This document shows, piece after piece, positions 1-11,769 of a stretch of DNA of 64,000 nucleotides. A program made the translations under genes and the position numbers. The DNA comes from the human T2T-CHM13v2.0 reference genome, Homo sapiens. Below the pieces are notes generated by a model. That model was given only the letters and a program-made list of their open reading frames with translations, was not told where the DNA came from and ran no database searches. Each line of letters opens with the position of its first letter. The first letter of the stretch is position 1. The stretch is from NCBI RefSeq assembly GCF_009914755.1, contig NC_060928.1; one strand, written 5' to 3'.

Positions 1-1729
1 ACTGCCCTGCTGACTTACTTAAGACCATAGGTGACATGGTTATCTAATAAAACCACATGGATTTCTTATTGCAAAAATGATCTATGACTCAAAAGAAGTC
101 ACATTGAGCAGCAAAGATTCAGGGATATATAATTCCAAGATCCACATCTACATTTAAATATCTGCAGCTCCTAAGTAGCAGGCAATAAGTTCCAATGGAG
201 ATACTGAAAGCTGTACGATCATAAATGATGTATACATTCTTATGTGTATACTTTCTTCTTATGAGAATGCTTTATCACAGCTGACCTGCAGTACCATTAA
301 ATAAGATTCACTTAATAATTATTACCTTGATTTTAGTCATATGTACCTAGGAAAGTATATTTTCATCTACAGTGGCATGACACATTTCAGAAGTGTCCCA
401 TAATTCTGTATTTACATAAAAAATGTTAAAAGAGATGCTGTAAACTCTTCTAATTTCTAGGGTACAGATAACTTATTCCTCCTAAATGAACGGTTTTATT
501 GCTGAGTTGTATGAAGGCAATTTAGTAGTGACCACAGAACTGATGATTGACTTCTAAACTTGAATCAACACACATAGGGAAATCATGGGGTACCGTCTAT
601 GTAGGATGAGAAAAGAGGGAAATAATGGGAGAGGAAGACTACTTCTGTGCAGTCGATGTTGCACTTGACTGAATAACCTACACCACAACTGTTTGTGATT
701 GTACTGCTCTTGTTAGAAAATGTAAGGTATTATTAGTATGTAGAAGTTGAAAGAGAATAGAAATGGCTACTTTCAATTATGTTTTCATTATATCAGACTT
801 TCACCCAGAAGATAGGAAGTCTAATGTGTGAAATATTGCAAGTCCAGGTTTGAAGGCCAGAAGCAATTGCTTTCAAGTCCTGCACAGAAGTTTGCATTCA
901 GCTTCTTCAGCTTGCTCCCTAATTTGCTTCCTCTATCTCTCCCTGTAATTGAAAAGTGTAAAGGAAACAACATACCTCCTTAGTTTAATATGTTAACACC
1001 TGATGATTAAGAATTGTGTGAAAAAGGGTACAGCAAATGAATGAATGATGATAAACGTTTCAACTTTTAGAAAAGTTCGCCACTCAATATATCTAAAATT
1101 GGTTTTTGCCAATTTCAGAATTCAGAAAGGTAATCTATTTTGTTAGTTTTAGTGAAAACTCAATTTATCCTATACAATAGTAAGTATTGTATGGTAAACT
1201 CAAGTCCTTACCAGTGTAGATCAAGAATGTGTCTTATTATTATTGAGTACTATGAAGGTCCTTTTCTCCTGAGAGAAATTACAAGTCATCATTAGTGGCA
1301 GGTATAGAAAATATTATTTTCAAATTCTTTAATCCACTTTTCATTTTAGGATCAGGGAAGTCCTACAAGGGAGCTGAAGGCCAATGTACATAGCAAAACA
1401 AAAACAAAACAAAACAACAACAACAAATGCCACAGTATTTCACATTAATGCTGGGCCTCTTACTTTCCAAGGTTTGAAAAAGCTTATGGATTCTGGGTCT
1501 GTACTTAGCCTAAAAATCGAACCCAGGATAATAAGCTTTTTCCAAGGCAGTGCATGATGAATAATATCAGTGTATTCTATTCATTTTCAATGTCTGCAAA
1601 CGGGGTTAACCCCCTTTTTTTCATTAGTGAGTCAAAAGGGGCATAAAATGGGGGCACATTGGTTGAAGAAGAGGCCCTGGATGATGGTTCCAATCAAATA
1701 ACCAATGACACAATTTACAGGACTCCCTT

Positions 1730-1930
1730 TTCTCATTGTCAGTGAGTGGTGGTGGTTAAATATGTTATTGGGCATCACCCTAGCTTTATATCTTGGCTTT
1801 CCCTTTACTAGCTGTGTGCTCATGAACAAGTTATATATCTTACTTGTCATGTACTCATGGGAAATTGAGTTTCTACATGTAAAGCTATTTGATCTTGGCT
1901 TGGTACAAAGTAAGCACTCAATAAATTTTG
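1730..1930 (+). mobile_element. MIR SINE fragment
   Basis: MIR core-like TTTACTAGCTGTGTGCTCATGAACAAGTTA and 3' end-like AAGCACTCAATAAA; highly diverged, boundaries approximate. Confidence 0.6.
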
Positions 1931-2349
1931 ACCATTATTATTCCGGCTATAAAATTATAGAATTGAACTAGATGAGAGTTAGTAATATCTCCAACAACTT
2001 TGAGTATAAAATTTAGGCTTATAATTAATAGATTATAAAACAACTTAAAAATAATCATTTCTTTCCTTCAACCCTACTGCTTACGAATATGTGCAACACA
2101 TTGGTAAGAACCTCCTTTTATACCTTTACAAAGAGCAGAGGCACTATCTTCAGAGGCCTATCTCTGGTGTCCCTGTGAATTTATAAAGTTAATTCTGAAG
2201 TTGTACAACTAGCATTTCAAAGAATGACTCAATTACAGAACCCAATGAACTCTTTATATGAGGATTTAATAATTAATTTGATAATTTAAGTAATTTATAA
2301 GTGTATTTGTTCACATTAATTAATATTATTAAACAAACTTATTTAATGT

Positions 2350-3250
2350 AATAATTTAATATTGGACCCTCTCTGCTTCATTTGGCATTGCTTGCATTCT
2401 TCTTATCTGGGGCATGCTTTTCTCATCGTTTCCTCTATGGGCTTTTCCTTGGGCTTCTCTTCTGCTATATTTTTCTTAAATATTGATGATCCTCAGGGTT
2501 CCACTCATTACTCACAACTCATAATTGTGCACACTATACCTGGGTGATCAGTTTTTTCATTCTGTACAACTAAACTCTTCTCATGCTTCTGACCTGAACA
2601 TTCAACAAACTACTGGACATCTGGAGCTAGAAGGCACACTGATACTTCAAACTCAATGTGTCCACATGTTCTAATTTTAAATTTGAAAAGTTCACTTCCT
2701 CGCTTGATGACATCATCATCCATTGAAACTAGACACCTATGAATTGCTCTTATGATTCCTCTTTCTTCCTCACATCCCACATCCAGTCAATGAACAAATC
2801 TTGCCAAATTTACCTCCAAAGTACTTTGTAGTCATTTTTCCTTCTCATTCCATTCAACTGAGGCTTTAATTCACTTGCTTAAATTCCTGAAAGGTCCTTG
2901 TGGCTTGTTGTTCTGTTCCACTTTTGTCTAATCAAATCCATTACCAAAATAATATTTATAACAATCAAAACTGGCAGTCTTCCCTCTCTATAACTTTTTC
3001 TTATGCACAACATGTCAAAGTCCACCCTCCCTGAAGAGGCCCTTGATGAGTTCTCTAGTTCATCTTTCTCTATAGTCCATATGGCAGGTTTTGTCATGAT
3101 AAAACCAAGATGCCAAATTTTGCTTCACATGGCATATATTTATCACCCCTGTGTTTTATTAAATAATGTTTTCACTATCTGAAATGTGTCTCTATAACGG
3201 TTCCCTTCTTTCTGTGTTTTTTCTTCTAACCAATCACTCAGGCTCAAAGA
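2350..3250 (+). mobile_element. L2 LINE fragment
   Basis: Pyrimidine-rich L2-like motifs (CTACTGGACATCT, CTTCAAACTCAATGTGTCC, CACATCCCACATCCAGTCAATGAACAAATCTTGCCAAATTTACCTCC); approximate. Confidence 0.55.
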
Positions 3251-3299
3251 GAATAACATCTTCAGCCCATGTTCCCTGAAACCCTGCCACCTGCCACGT

Positions 3300-3495
3300 C
3301 AGGCTATGCCATTTACTGTGTGGCCTTGAACAAATTACTTAAAAAATATAAAAAAACACTCCATGACTCAGTTTCTCTCATAGTAAAAGTAGAATAATAA
3401 TAATAATCTCACAGAGTGGTTGTGGGTATTAAAGAGAATGCATACAAAATGCTTACACAGTCACTTGGATACAGAAGCCCATAACAATTGTTGGT
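3300..3495 (+). mobile_element. MIR SINE fragment
   Basis: CCATTTACTGTGTGGCCTTGAACAAATTACTT ... CTCAGTTTCTCTCATAGTAAAA ... ATCTCACAGAGTGGTTGTGGGTATTAAA. Confidence 0.7.
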
Positions 3496-4084
3496 TTCTA
3501 CCTTTGGAATCATTCTTCATTACTACTATAGTACCCTCAATCAATACCATTGCAATTTTCACATGATTTGACTGTGAGTTTATATCTATCTTTACTACCA
3601 ATTAACTCTTTGAAGAAGGGAAGTACCTGGGTCATAGTCAGAAAATTATTATAGGTTGAACCAATGTACATATTCACCCATTTGCTCATCCCTGGAAATA
3701 GAAATTTATTTATTTATTTATTGAGAATAGAAACCTTTTACTTCTTCAAAACTAAATGTCTAAAAGTAATTTTCAGTCATTAGGAGAATTTATTTCTTCG
3801 GTTCCTTTAATTAATTAAAGTTGTTGAGAGATTCTACAAATAGAACATTTTACCACTGCACACTAATGATGTATGTCAGAAATAGTGAAGCTCAGAGAAA
3901 CAAACTATACTTCTTTGCAATAATTATTTCCAAATGTTACAAGCCCATCATCTGTTATGTTATTCCCACTTGAGAGAGTTTGTAAGTAATTTAAGGTGTG
4001 GTATTAATTATTTTAAACATGTTATTTGATTTTTCTGAGAAAAAAATTTCAATAAAGCAGACCTTGATAGATTTAGTAAAATTA

Positions 4085-4392
4085 GGACTGGGCATGGTAG
4101 CTCATGCCTGTATTTTCAGCCCTCTGTGGGGAGCCAAAGGCAGGAGGATTTTTTGAGGCCAGAAGTTGGAGTCTAGCTTGGGTAAAATAGCAAGAGTCTG
4201 TCTCAACAAAAAATTAAAAAGTTAGTCCATTCTGGTGGCACACTTGTAGTCCTAGTTACTCTGGAGGCTGTGGGAGGATGGCTTGAGCTTAGAATTTTGA
4301 GGTTACAGTGAGCTGTGATTGCATCACTGCACTTCAGCCAGGGCCACAGAGTAAGATCCTGTCTCTAAAACAAACAAATTAAACAAAAAAAA
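4085..4392 (+). mobile_element. AluJ SINE, full length, diverged
   Basis: Dimeric Alu with J-type GGAGGAT(T/G) in both arms, A-rich tail, flanking AAAATTA on both sides. Confidence 0.9.
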
Positions 4393-4973
4393 ATTAGCAT
4401 CAGAACCTATCTAGCACCCATGTCAGGGGAGTCTTATATTAAATGCAATAAGTATTCTATTTATTTAAATTGAAAAACCCTTTGATCACTGGGAATTTTG
4501 AATTCTAAGAGCATGAACCTACTAACATTTGAAAAAAGATAACATTTCTTCCCTTAACACTGAGTGTCAGTAGCAGAATGGCATGGGTTGGGAAGATAAA
4601 TATTTATTGAACTATTTGATCCATTGTCATTTACAGAAGATTCAGAACTTTAAACAAAGAGTGTGTAGAGGAATCTGTCTCCTGCCTATCTGTCCCTAGT
4701 CAAAGTGGACCTAAAAAGATACAGTAAGAATGCTCAACTAATGGACAGAGTAAGACAGACTTGCTAGGTAGATAAATTGATGGATAGATAGATGCATAGC
4801 AGAAAAAGAATCATAGAGAATTTTTTTCTCCCCAAGCAATTTTTATTCAAGTTAAAACTGCAAATGTATGTCCTGTGTCCCCATGTAGACTATAAGTTCC
4901 ATAAAGGCAAACATAGGTGCTTGTTTTTGTCACTGCTATTTCCCCAAAGACTAGAATATACAATAGTAGGATG

Positions 4974-5446
4974 TGTAACAGTTAAAGAGGAAAAACATGA
5001 AAAATGACTCAACAGTCAAAGACAGGTTTATTTTGGAGAATAAATCTGAGAGGGGCTTCTGGCCAATTTCAGTCAGGAGCACACTCTCTTAAAGACTAAG
5101 AGTATTTAAGGGTTTAGGGAGAGAGCATATCACAGTCTTGCAATGTTTCTGAGTGGAGGAGTTTATTGTGGGGTTAGAATGTCTGTGGTCAGAGGGGAGG
5201 TAATCTTGGGGCTGACCTCTCCCTGGTCAGAGGGGAGGTTATCTTGGGGCTGGCATGTCTCTGGTTGGGGAAGGGTTTATCTTAGAATTGGAGTGTTTCT
5301 GGTCGGAGATGTCATTTGTGGTTCATGGTCATGCTGACATTAGCCATTAGGCTGATGCCCTTTTGATTGGATTAGGCAGTTTTTTGATCAAGGGGAACTT
5401 TAAAATGGTGGTTCTTGTCCAAGATGGTGATGCTCCTGCTCTGTCA
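4974..5446 (-). mobile_element. Solo LTR (probably ERVL class, LTR47/LTR42-like; family uncertain) inserted in an L2 3' end
   Basis: TG...CA termini, 5-bp target-site duplication GGATG (4969-4973 and 5447-5451), minus-strand AATAAA near 5026, flanks rejoin as an L2 tail. Confidence 0.8.
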
Positions 5447-6524
5447 GGATGCTTAATTAATAATTAATATTTGCTAAAGAAATTAATAAATCATAGATGA
5501 AAATAAACTTTCTCTCCATTTCTGAAATCAGAGGCCATACTCCCTTAGCACTCATGACTACAAGGGACCTCAGCTTCAAGCCTTGCCTTGCTTATCTCCA
5601 GAGCCCTTCTTATAAATTCGTGAGTTTATCTCCAAACCTAATGTGGGAAATCTAAAAAAAAAAAAAAAATCAAAATGTATGTAGTGCGAGCCTCTAAGTT
5701 TTAACTTTTAAGTAAGGACAAAAGGTCCTAGAGTTCTGTTAATTTGGTAACCTTGACAAAAATCAAAGACATTTTAAGAGCTTAAAAAGCTAGGCTGACC
5801 CACCTTTAGACATCCGGTATAATCAACTTCCATTAAGATCTTTGTTATGTGCAGGCCCTGTCAAAAAAAAAATGAGATAAGCCTTATATAACTGTAAAAA
5901 AGCAGCAATTCATCTGCATTCATTTTAACTTGAAAACTGATGGTAGAAGATATGAATTAGATAATTTGACAGCATGTGTTTTGGTGGTTCTTATAGCTTG
6001 TGAGAGACTTTGTAATGTTCTTTTTCCTCACTTTTTCTTACCAAAGGTCATATTCCTACATTCTGTATTACTAAAGATAATATCAAAAACTACATAGTTT
6101 TTGCAGTTTATCAAAAAATAGTTTTCTGATACATTTTTTACATAGATCTGGTTTACAGATTAAAAACAGTTCATTAGTTAAATCTGAATTTCAGAAAAAA
6201 TGTTTAACTAGTTTCCCACCTTTGTATTTTCTATATCTGGCAAATGTGTATAGATCTGTATAAATACAAACTACAAAAGCAGTTCTGGCTATCTCAATGT
6301 ATGTTTAGGAATGTAAATAAATAATTTCATTTGTAATCACCACATTGTCATATTTTTATTTGTCATTTTATATAAGATATATAATAATTTTATTCCTTCT
6401 CTTGGAATTAAAATGGTAGTGCCATGTCACCTTCATATGTTGCCTGACTGATTGCCAAACATAGATGAATTGAGGAGACTTATGAAAGGTCTCCTCAAAT
6501 ACATACTCAGTACATGAACGCTGA

Positions 6525-7229
6525 CATCCTTGTAGTAAGATCAACGTGGGAAAAAATAACCAGCCTGTTTTTGAGTTAACAAATAGAAACAAATACCAGA
6601 GAGATCAAAGCACTACAGGTCTGTGTGAATAATCATCCTCCTCCCCTCCCCTAACCTTGATTTTTTCTCTTACAATTAAATTTATCTAAAGAAAAGACAT
6701 GTCTGTCTGGTTACACTCAGATATCACTGAGTAGAGTCAGTGGAAAGAGACTGACTATTTCCTTGTCCAAAAAGAGAATGAATATAATAATGCTACCAGC
6801 ATTCAGAAGTTGCTGGGAGGATGAAGAATATCACCTTTTTAGTCTGTAAACAGTTAAGCACAAAATTACTGCTAATTAATTAGGTAACATCAATTGTGTA
6901 TTTTTCTTGTGGTTTCCACCAAGGAATTAGAATTAGCTTCTGAGATTTAAGTTGTAAAATTAATACCCCGTGAATCCTAGCAGGAAGGTGCAAAGCACTT
7001 TGAAAGAGTGGTGGTGGTCCCCAAACCTGTGAGATGGCATACCTGAGTGTAAGCAGATAGGCATGTCTTTTCTTTAGATAAATTTAAGTGTAAACAGACA
7101 ATAAAAGTAGTGGGGAGGGAGAGTATTCACATAGGCATCACGCGTTTTGATCTCGTTGGCATTTGTTTCTGTGTTAACTCACAGATATGCTGGTTACTTT
7201 CTTCCCATGTTGGTCTTCCTACAAGGATG
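6525..7229. repeat. Diverged ~200-bp inverted repeat (6525-6725 vs 7038-7229)
   Basis: 26-bp perfect core TTAAATTTATCTAAAGAAAAGACATG (6676-6701) has its reverse complement at 7062-7087; similarity continues along both arms. Confidence 0.9.
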
Positions 7230-8046
7230 AAAAAGGTTGCTTATGAGGGTGGAAGCAGTTTCATTTCCATGTGTTTGCCTTCATTCATGATTAACTTGAG
7301 TCTTTTGCTGAGATCTGCTGACACATTGGGTTTCAGAAGTTGCATGGCTCAGGCATACTTTTGATACATTTACCAAGATAATGAATGCCTTCATAAGGCC
7401 CCTAGAAAGACCTTTTTTTTTGAGGTGGTACTGATAACTCCACGTAGCCAAGAACGTAATCTTGTTCTTATTTGAATTTCTGCATACAGTCTGTATTGGA
7501 AAAATTGTTTTAAACCATGTAAAAAAAAGTGTTGCTTCTATCTGGCATTGAATATAGCTTAATTAATCTCATTCACTTCTAGTTTTTGGAATATCTCAGT
7601 TCTGTCATCTATCAGAAATTAGGGTAGGAATTGTGCTAATTTTTTAATGGACATATTAATAATGCAGATAAGTTTATCATTTTGTACATCTACAAATAAA
7701 ATAAAGTCCTCATGAATTAAGTTATACTATATAAAACTTACTGCACATGTTTTCTTCCAAAGAAACTTAATCTTTTGGGAGAAAAATATGTATATGTCTC
7801 ATTAACATCGCTTATAAGGTTAATGTAAATTTGCTATACTCCAGACTTTTAAGCCTTAATTGGCAATACCCATAATGCTCCACAAAATGATAAATATTAG
7901 TTTTTTAATTTTTATTCAGTATTAACTGAAGACACAAAATGATACTCAAAATGTGTCACAGAAATTCTTTTGTCTTTTTATTATGAAACTTTAAAAAATA
8001 CCAGGGAAATAGTATCTATAAATACTTATTATAAAAGTAGAATATT

Positions 8047-8438
<392 letters not shown>

Positions 8439-8545
8439 TCACCTTTAAGCTCTGCTGCCCTCTCATATAAACAGGTCTAGAGATAGTTCCAACATAACAG
8501 ATCACAAAGCTCATCTAAAACAGCAAGGATGTTGTCAAGTGCTGC

Positions 8546-9973
8546 TGTGTCCGGAATTTTTGGGTTCTTGGTCTCGCTGACTTCAAGAATGAAGCCGCGG
8601 ACCCTTGCGGTGAGTGTTACAGTTCTTAAAGATGTTGTAGCCGGAGTTTGTTCCTTCAGATGTTCAGATGTGTCTGGAGTTTCTTCCCTCTGGTGGGTTC
8701 TTGGTCTCGCTGACTTCAAGAATGAAGCCGCGGACCCTTGCGGTGAGTGTTACAGTTCTTAAAGATGGTGTATCCAGACTTTGTTCCTTCAGATGTTCAG
8801 ATGTGTCTGGAGTTTCTTCCTTCTGGTGGGTTCGTGGTCTCGCTGGCTTCAGGAGTGAAGCTGCAGACCTTTGCAGTGAGTATTACAGCTCATAAAGGCG
8901 GCACAGACCCAAAGAATGAGCAGCAGCAAAATTTATTGTGAAGAGCAAAAGAACAAAGCTTCCACAGTGTGGAAGGGGACCTGAGCAGGTTGCCACTGCA
9001 GGCTCAGGCAGCCTGCTCTTATTCCCTTATGTGGCCCCCCCCACATCCTGCTGATTGGTCCATTCTACAGAGAGCTGATTGGTCCATTTTACAGAGAGCT
9101 GATTGGTCTGTTTTGACAGAGTGCTGATTGGTGCATTTACAATCCTTGAGCTAGACACAGAGTGCTGACTGGTGCATTTACAATCCTCTAGCTAGGCATA
9201 AAAGTTCTCCAAGTCCCCACCAGATTAGCTAGACACAGAGTGCTCATTGGTGCGTTTACAAACCTTTAGCTAGACACAGAGTGCTGATTGGTGCATTCAC
9301 AATCCTTTAGCTAGACATAAAAGTTCTCAAAGTCTCCACCCAACTCAGGAGCCCAGCTGGCTTCACCTAGTGGATCCCGTGCCAGGGCTGCGGGTGGAGT
9401 TGCCCATCAGTCCCACACTGCACTCCTCAGCCCTTGGGCGGTCGATGGGAGTGGGCGCCGCGGAGCAGGGGGTGGCACCCGTCGGGGAGGTTCAGGCTGC
9501 ATGGGAGCACCCTGGGGGGCGGGGCTTGGGCATGGCGGGCTGCAGGTCCTGAGCCCTGCCCCATGGGAAGGCGGCTGAGGCCCGGTGAGAATTTGAGCGT
9601 GGCATGGGCAGGCCGGCAGTGCTGGGTTACCTGGTGCACCCTCTGCAGATGCTGGCCCAGGTGCTAAGCCCCTCACTGCCCGGGGCCGGTGGTACAGGCT
9701 GGCCACTCTGAGTGCAGATCCCACCGAGCCTGCGCCCACCTGGAACTCGCACTTGTGCACGAGCACCTCATGCAGCCCCGGTTCCCACCCACGCCTCTCC
9801 CTCCACACCTCCCCACAAGCAGAGGGAGCTGGCTCCGGCCTCGGCCAACCCAGAGAGGGGCTCCCACAGTGCAGCAGCAGGCTGACGGGCTCCTCAAGTG
9901 TGGCCAGAGTGGATGCCAAGGCCAAGGAGGCGCCGAGAGCGAGCGAGTGCTGCTAGCATGTTGTCACCTCTCA
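8546..9973 (-). mobile_element. 3' LTR12
   Basis: GC-rich U3 start, tandem CCAATCAGC repeats, repeated U5 units; preceded on the minus strand by the polypurine tract AGAGGCAGGAT (9974-9984). Confidence 0.95.
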
Positions 9974-9984
9974 ATCCTGCCTCT

Positions 9985-10870
9985 AAACAGGACACCCCAA
10001 CTGCTGTTGGGAATTTGGCCGATGACCACTCTAGCTACTTCCTTCTGGATAGGGGTGAAGAAGGGGCCCTGCAGTTGTAGTGTCCTCCAGAGGAGAGCTC
10101 TCTAGGCCAGTGGAAGGGCCAGTGGGTCAATCCTGAGGTCCTCAATAGAAGTTGTTAGTTGGGCTCATTTGGGGTTCCATTTGTAAGACCTTCTGTATGT
10201 AGCTTGATGGCCTCGATTCTAGCGGAAACAAATTTGACAAGAAGGTTAAAAATAGAGGGTCCAAAGGCGAGTAACAGCAAGATGGCTGCCACGGGACCTA
10301 GAAAGGGGAGAAGCCATGTTGCCCAACTCCAGAGGTTGGTATAAGAGTTTGAAAGGAGGTCAGGAGATTGAGACCATTCTGGCTAACATGGTGAAACCCC
10401 ATCTCTACTAAAAATACCAAAAAATTAGCCAGGCTAATTTTGGTGGTGGGCGCCTGTAGTCCCAGCTACTCGGGTGGCTGAGGCAGGAGAATGGTGTGAA
10501 CCCAGGAGTCAGAGCTTGCAGTGAGTCGAGATCACGCCACTGCACTCCAGCGTGGGCGACAGAGTGAGACTCCATCTCAAAAAAAAAAAAAAAAAAAAAG
10601 AGTTTGAAAGGCGTTGTCTGACTTCGGAAGCCTTTTCCTATAAATGCTGGGTGGCATCTCGTACTATCCGTGACTGGTTAGTGTAAAAACAACACTCTTC
10701 CCCTAAGAAGGTACAAAGTCCTCCTTTCTCAGCAGGGGGGAGGTCTAGACCTCAGCGGTTATGGAGAGTCACTGCTGCTAAGGTGTCTATTTGGGATTGT
10801 AGAGTAAGGATAGATTTCGTTATTTCTTGCAAACTGTCTGAGAAATCCTTTGAGAGTGTGTGGTAGTAGG
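9985..10870 (-). pseudogene. env: HERV9 env TM remnant, interrupted by an Alu
   Basis: Minus-strand translation gives LQSQIDTLAAVTLHNR*GLDL..AEKGGLCTFLGEECCF (immunosuppressive domain plus CX6CC) and a transmembrane stretch WLLPFLGPVAAILLLLAFGP; SU not recognisable. Confidence 0.85.
10356..10599 (+). mobile_element. 5'-truncated AluY inserted in env
   Basis: Starts mid left arm, Y-type GAGAATGG(C/T)GTGAACCC and GAGCTTGCAG, A tail, TSD AAGAGTTTGAAAGG on both sides. Confidence 0.93.
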
Positions 10871-11454
10871 ATAATGCATGTTACACCGTTAACTTTTAGC
10901 AAACTTTACTTTAGTTGAAAACCTTGTAAGTTTGGGATTTTAATTTTTCTTTGCTATTAATAAAACCTCATTCAGTCCATATTAACTTAGAATTGGTATA
11001 AATGTCTCCTTCCTGATTCTGTAAGTACTTTAAGATTTGGCTCAGTGCAAACAGCTCACACGTTTGAGCAGACCAATTATTGGACAGTTTTCCTAAATCT
11101 GCTTCTATAAGAGTTTCCTTATCACTTACTGAATACCCATTGTGTCTTTTTTCCTAATCGCCCAAAAGGAACCATCTATTGTCCTGTCCTGAAAGGAGTT
11201 CCTCCTATGTCTGGTCGGAACTTCCTATGGTAATTAATTAAGATTTAGATCCCCTGTTAGGAAACTTCCTGGGTTAAGGACTTTTGATAGGAAGGCTATG
11301 GGTTGTCATTGGCCTCAGTGCTTTCGGGCTATGCCCTTGTTTACACTGACAACAAGGTGGTATTGTAGTGTTACAGGGTCATGGAGAAGACCGTCAATTA
11401 TCAATTATAGGTTTTAAATTTACCCTGGCTTTTAAAGGAATAGGGTACACTGTT

Positions 11455-11720
11455 TTTTCTTTACTATTTCTCTCTCTCTTTCTTTCTCTTTGACTTCTTT
11501 GTCTCTCTTTCCTTCTTTCTCTCTGACTCCCTCTTTGTCTCTTCCTCTCTTTCCTTCTTTGACTTTCTGTCGCTCTGTCTCTTCCTCTGTCTCCTTCTCT
11601 TTGTCTCTGCTTCTTCCTCTCTCTGTCTCTTCCTCTCTCTCTCTCTCTTTGACTTTCTGTCTCTTTCTCTCTTTCCTTCTTTGACTTTGTCTCTCTCTTT
11701 CTTTCTACTGGTCTTTCCCT
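11455..11720. repeat. CT-rich (GA-rich on minus) low-complexity tract inside the provirus
   Basis: About 260 bp of near-pure pyrimidine with recurring CTTTGACTT units. Confidence 0.9.
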
Positions 11721-11769
11721 GCCTCTGCCAGCTGCTTATGCTGCTGTTTTCCCCTCTCCTTCCTCTTTT

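Noticed and set aside
9040-9330. Regularly spaced short repeats resembling a CRISPR array (also 17085-17390)
   Set aside because: They are the LTR12 tandem CCAAT units; the intervening sequences are themselves repeated, the DNA is mammalian and there are no cas genes
9370-10105. Overlapping GC-rich ORFs up to 172 aa, mirrored at 17367-18039
   Set aside because: They lie in the GC-rich LTR12 U3, where stops are rare; frames are not preserved between the two LTRs
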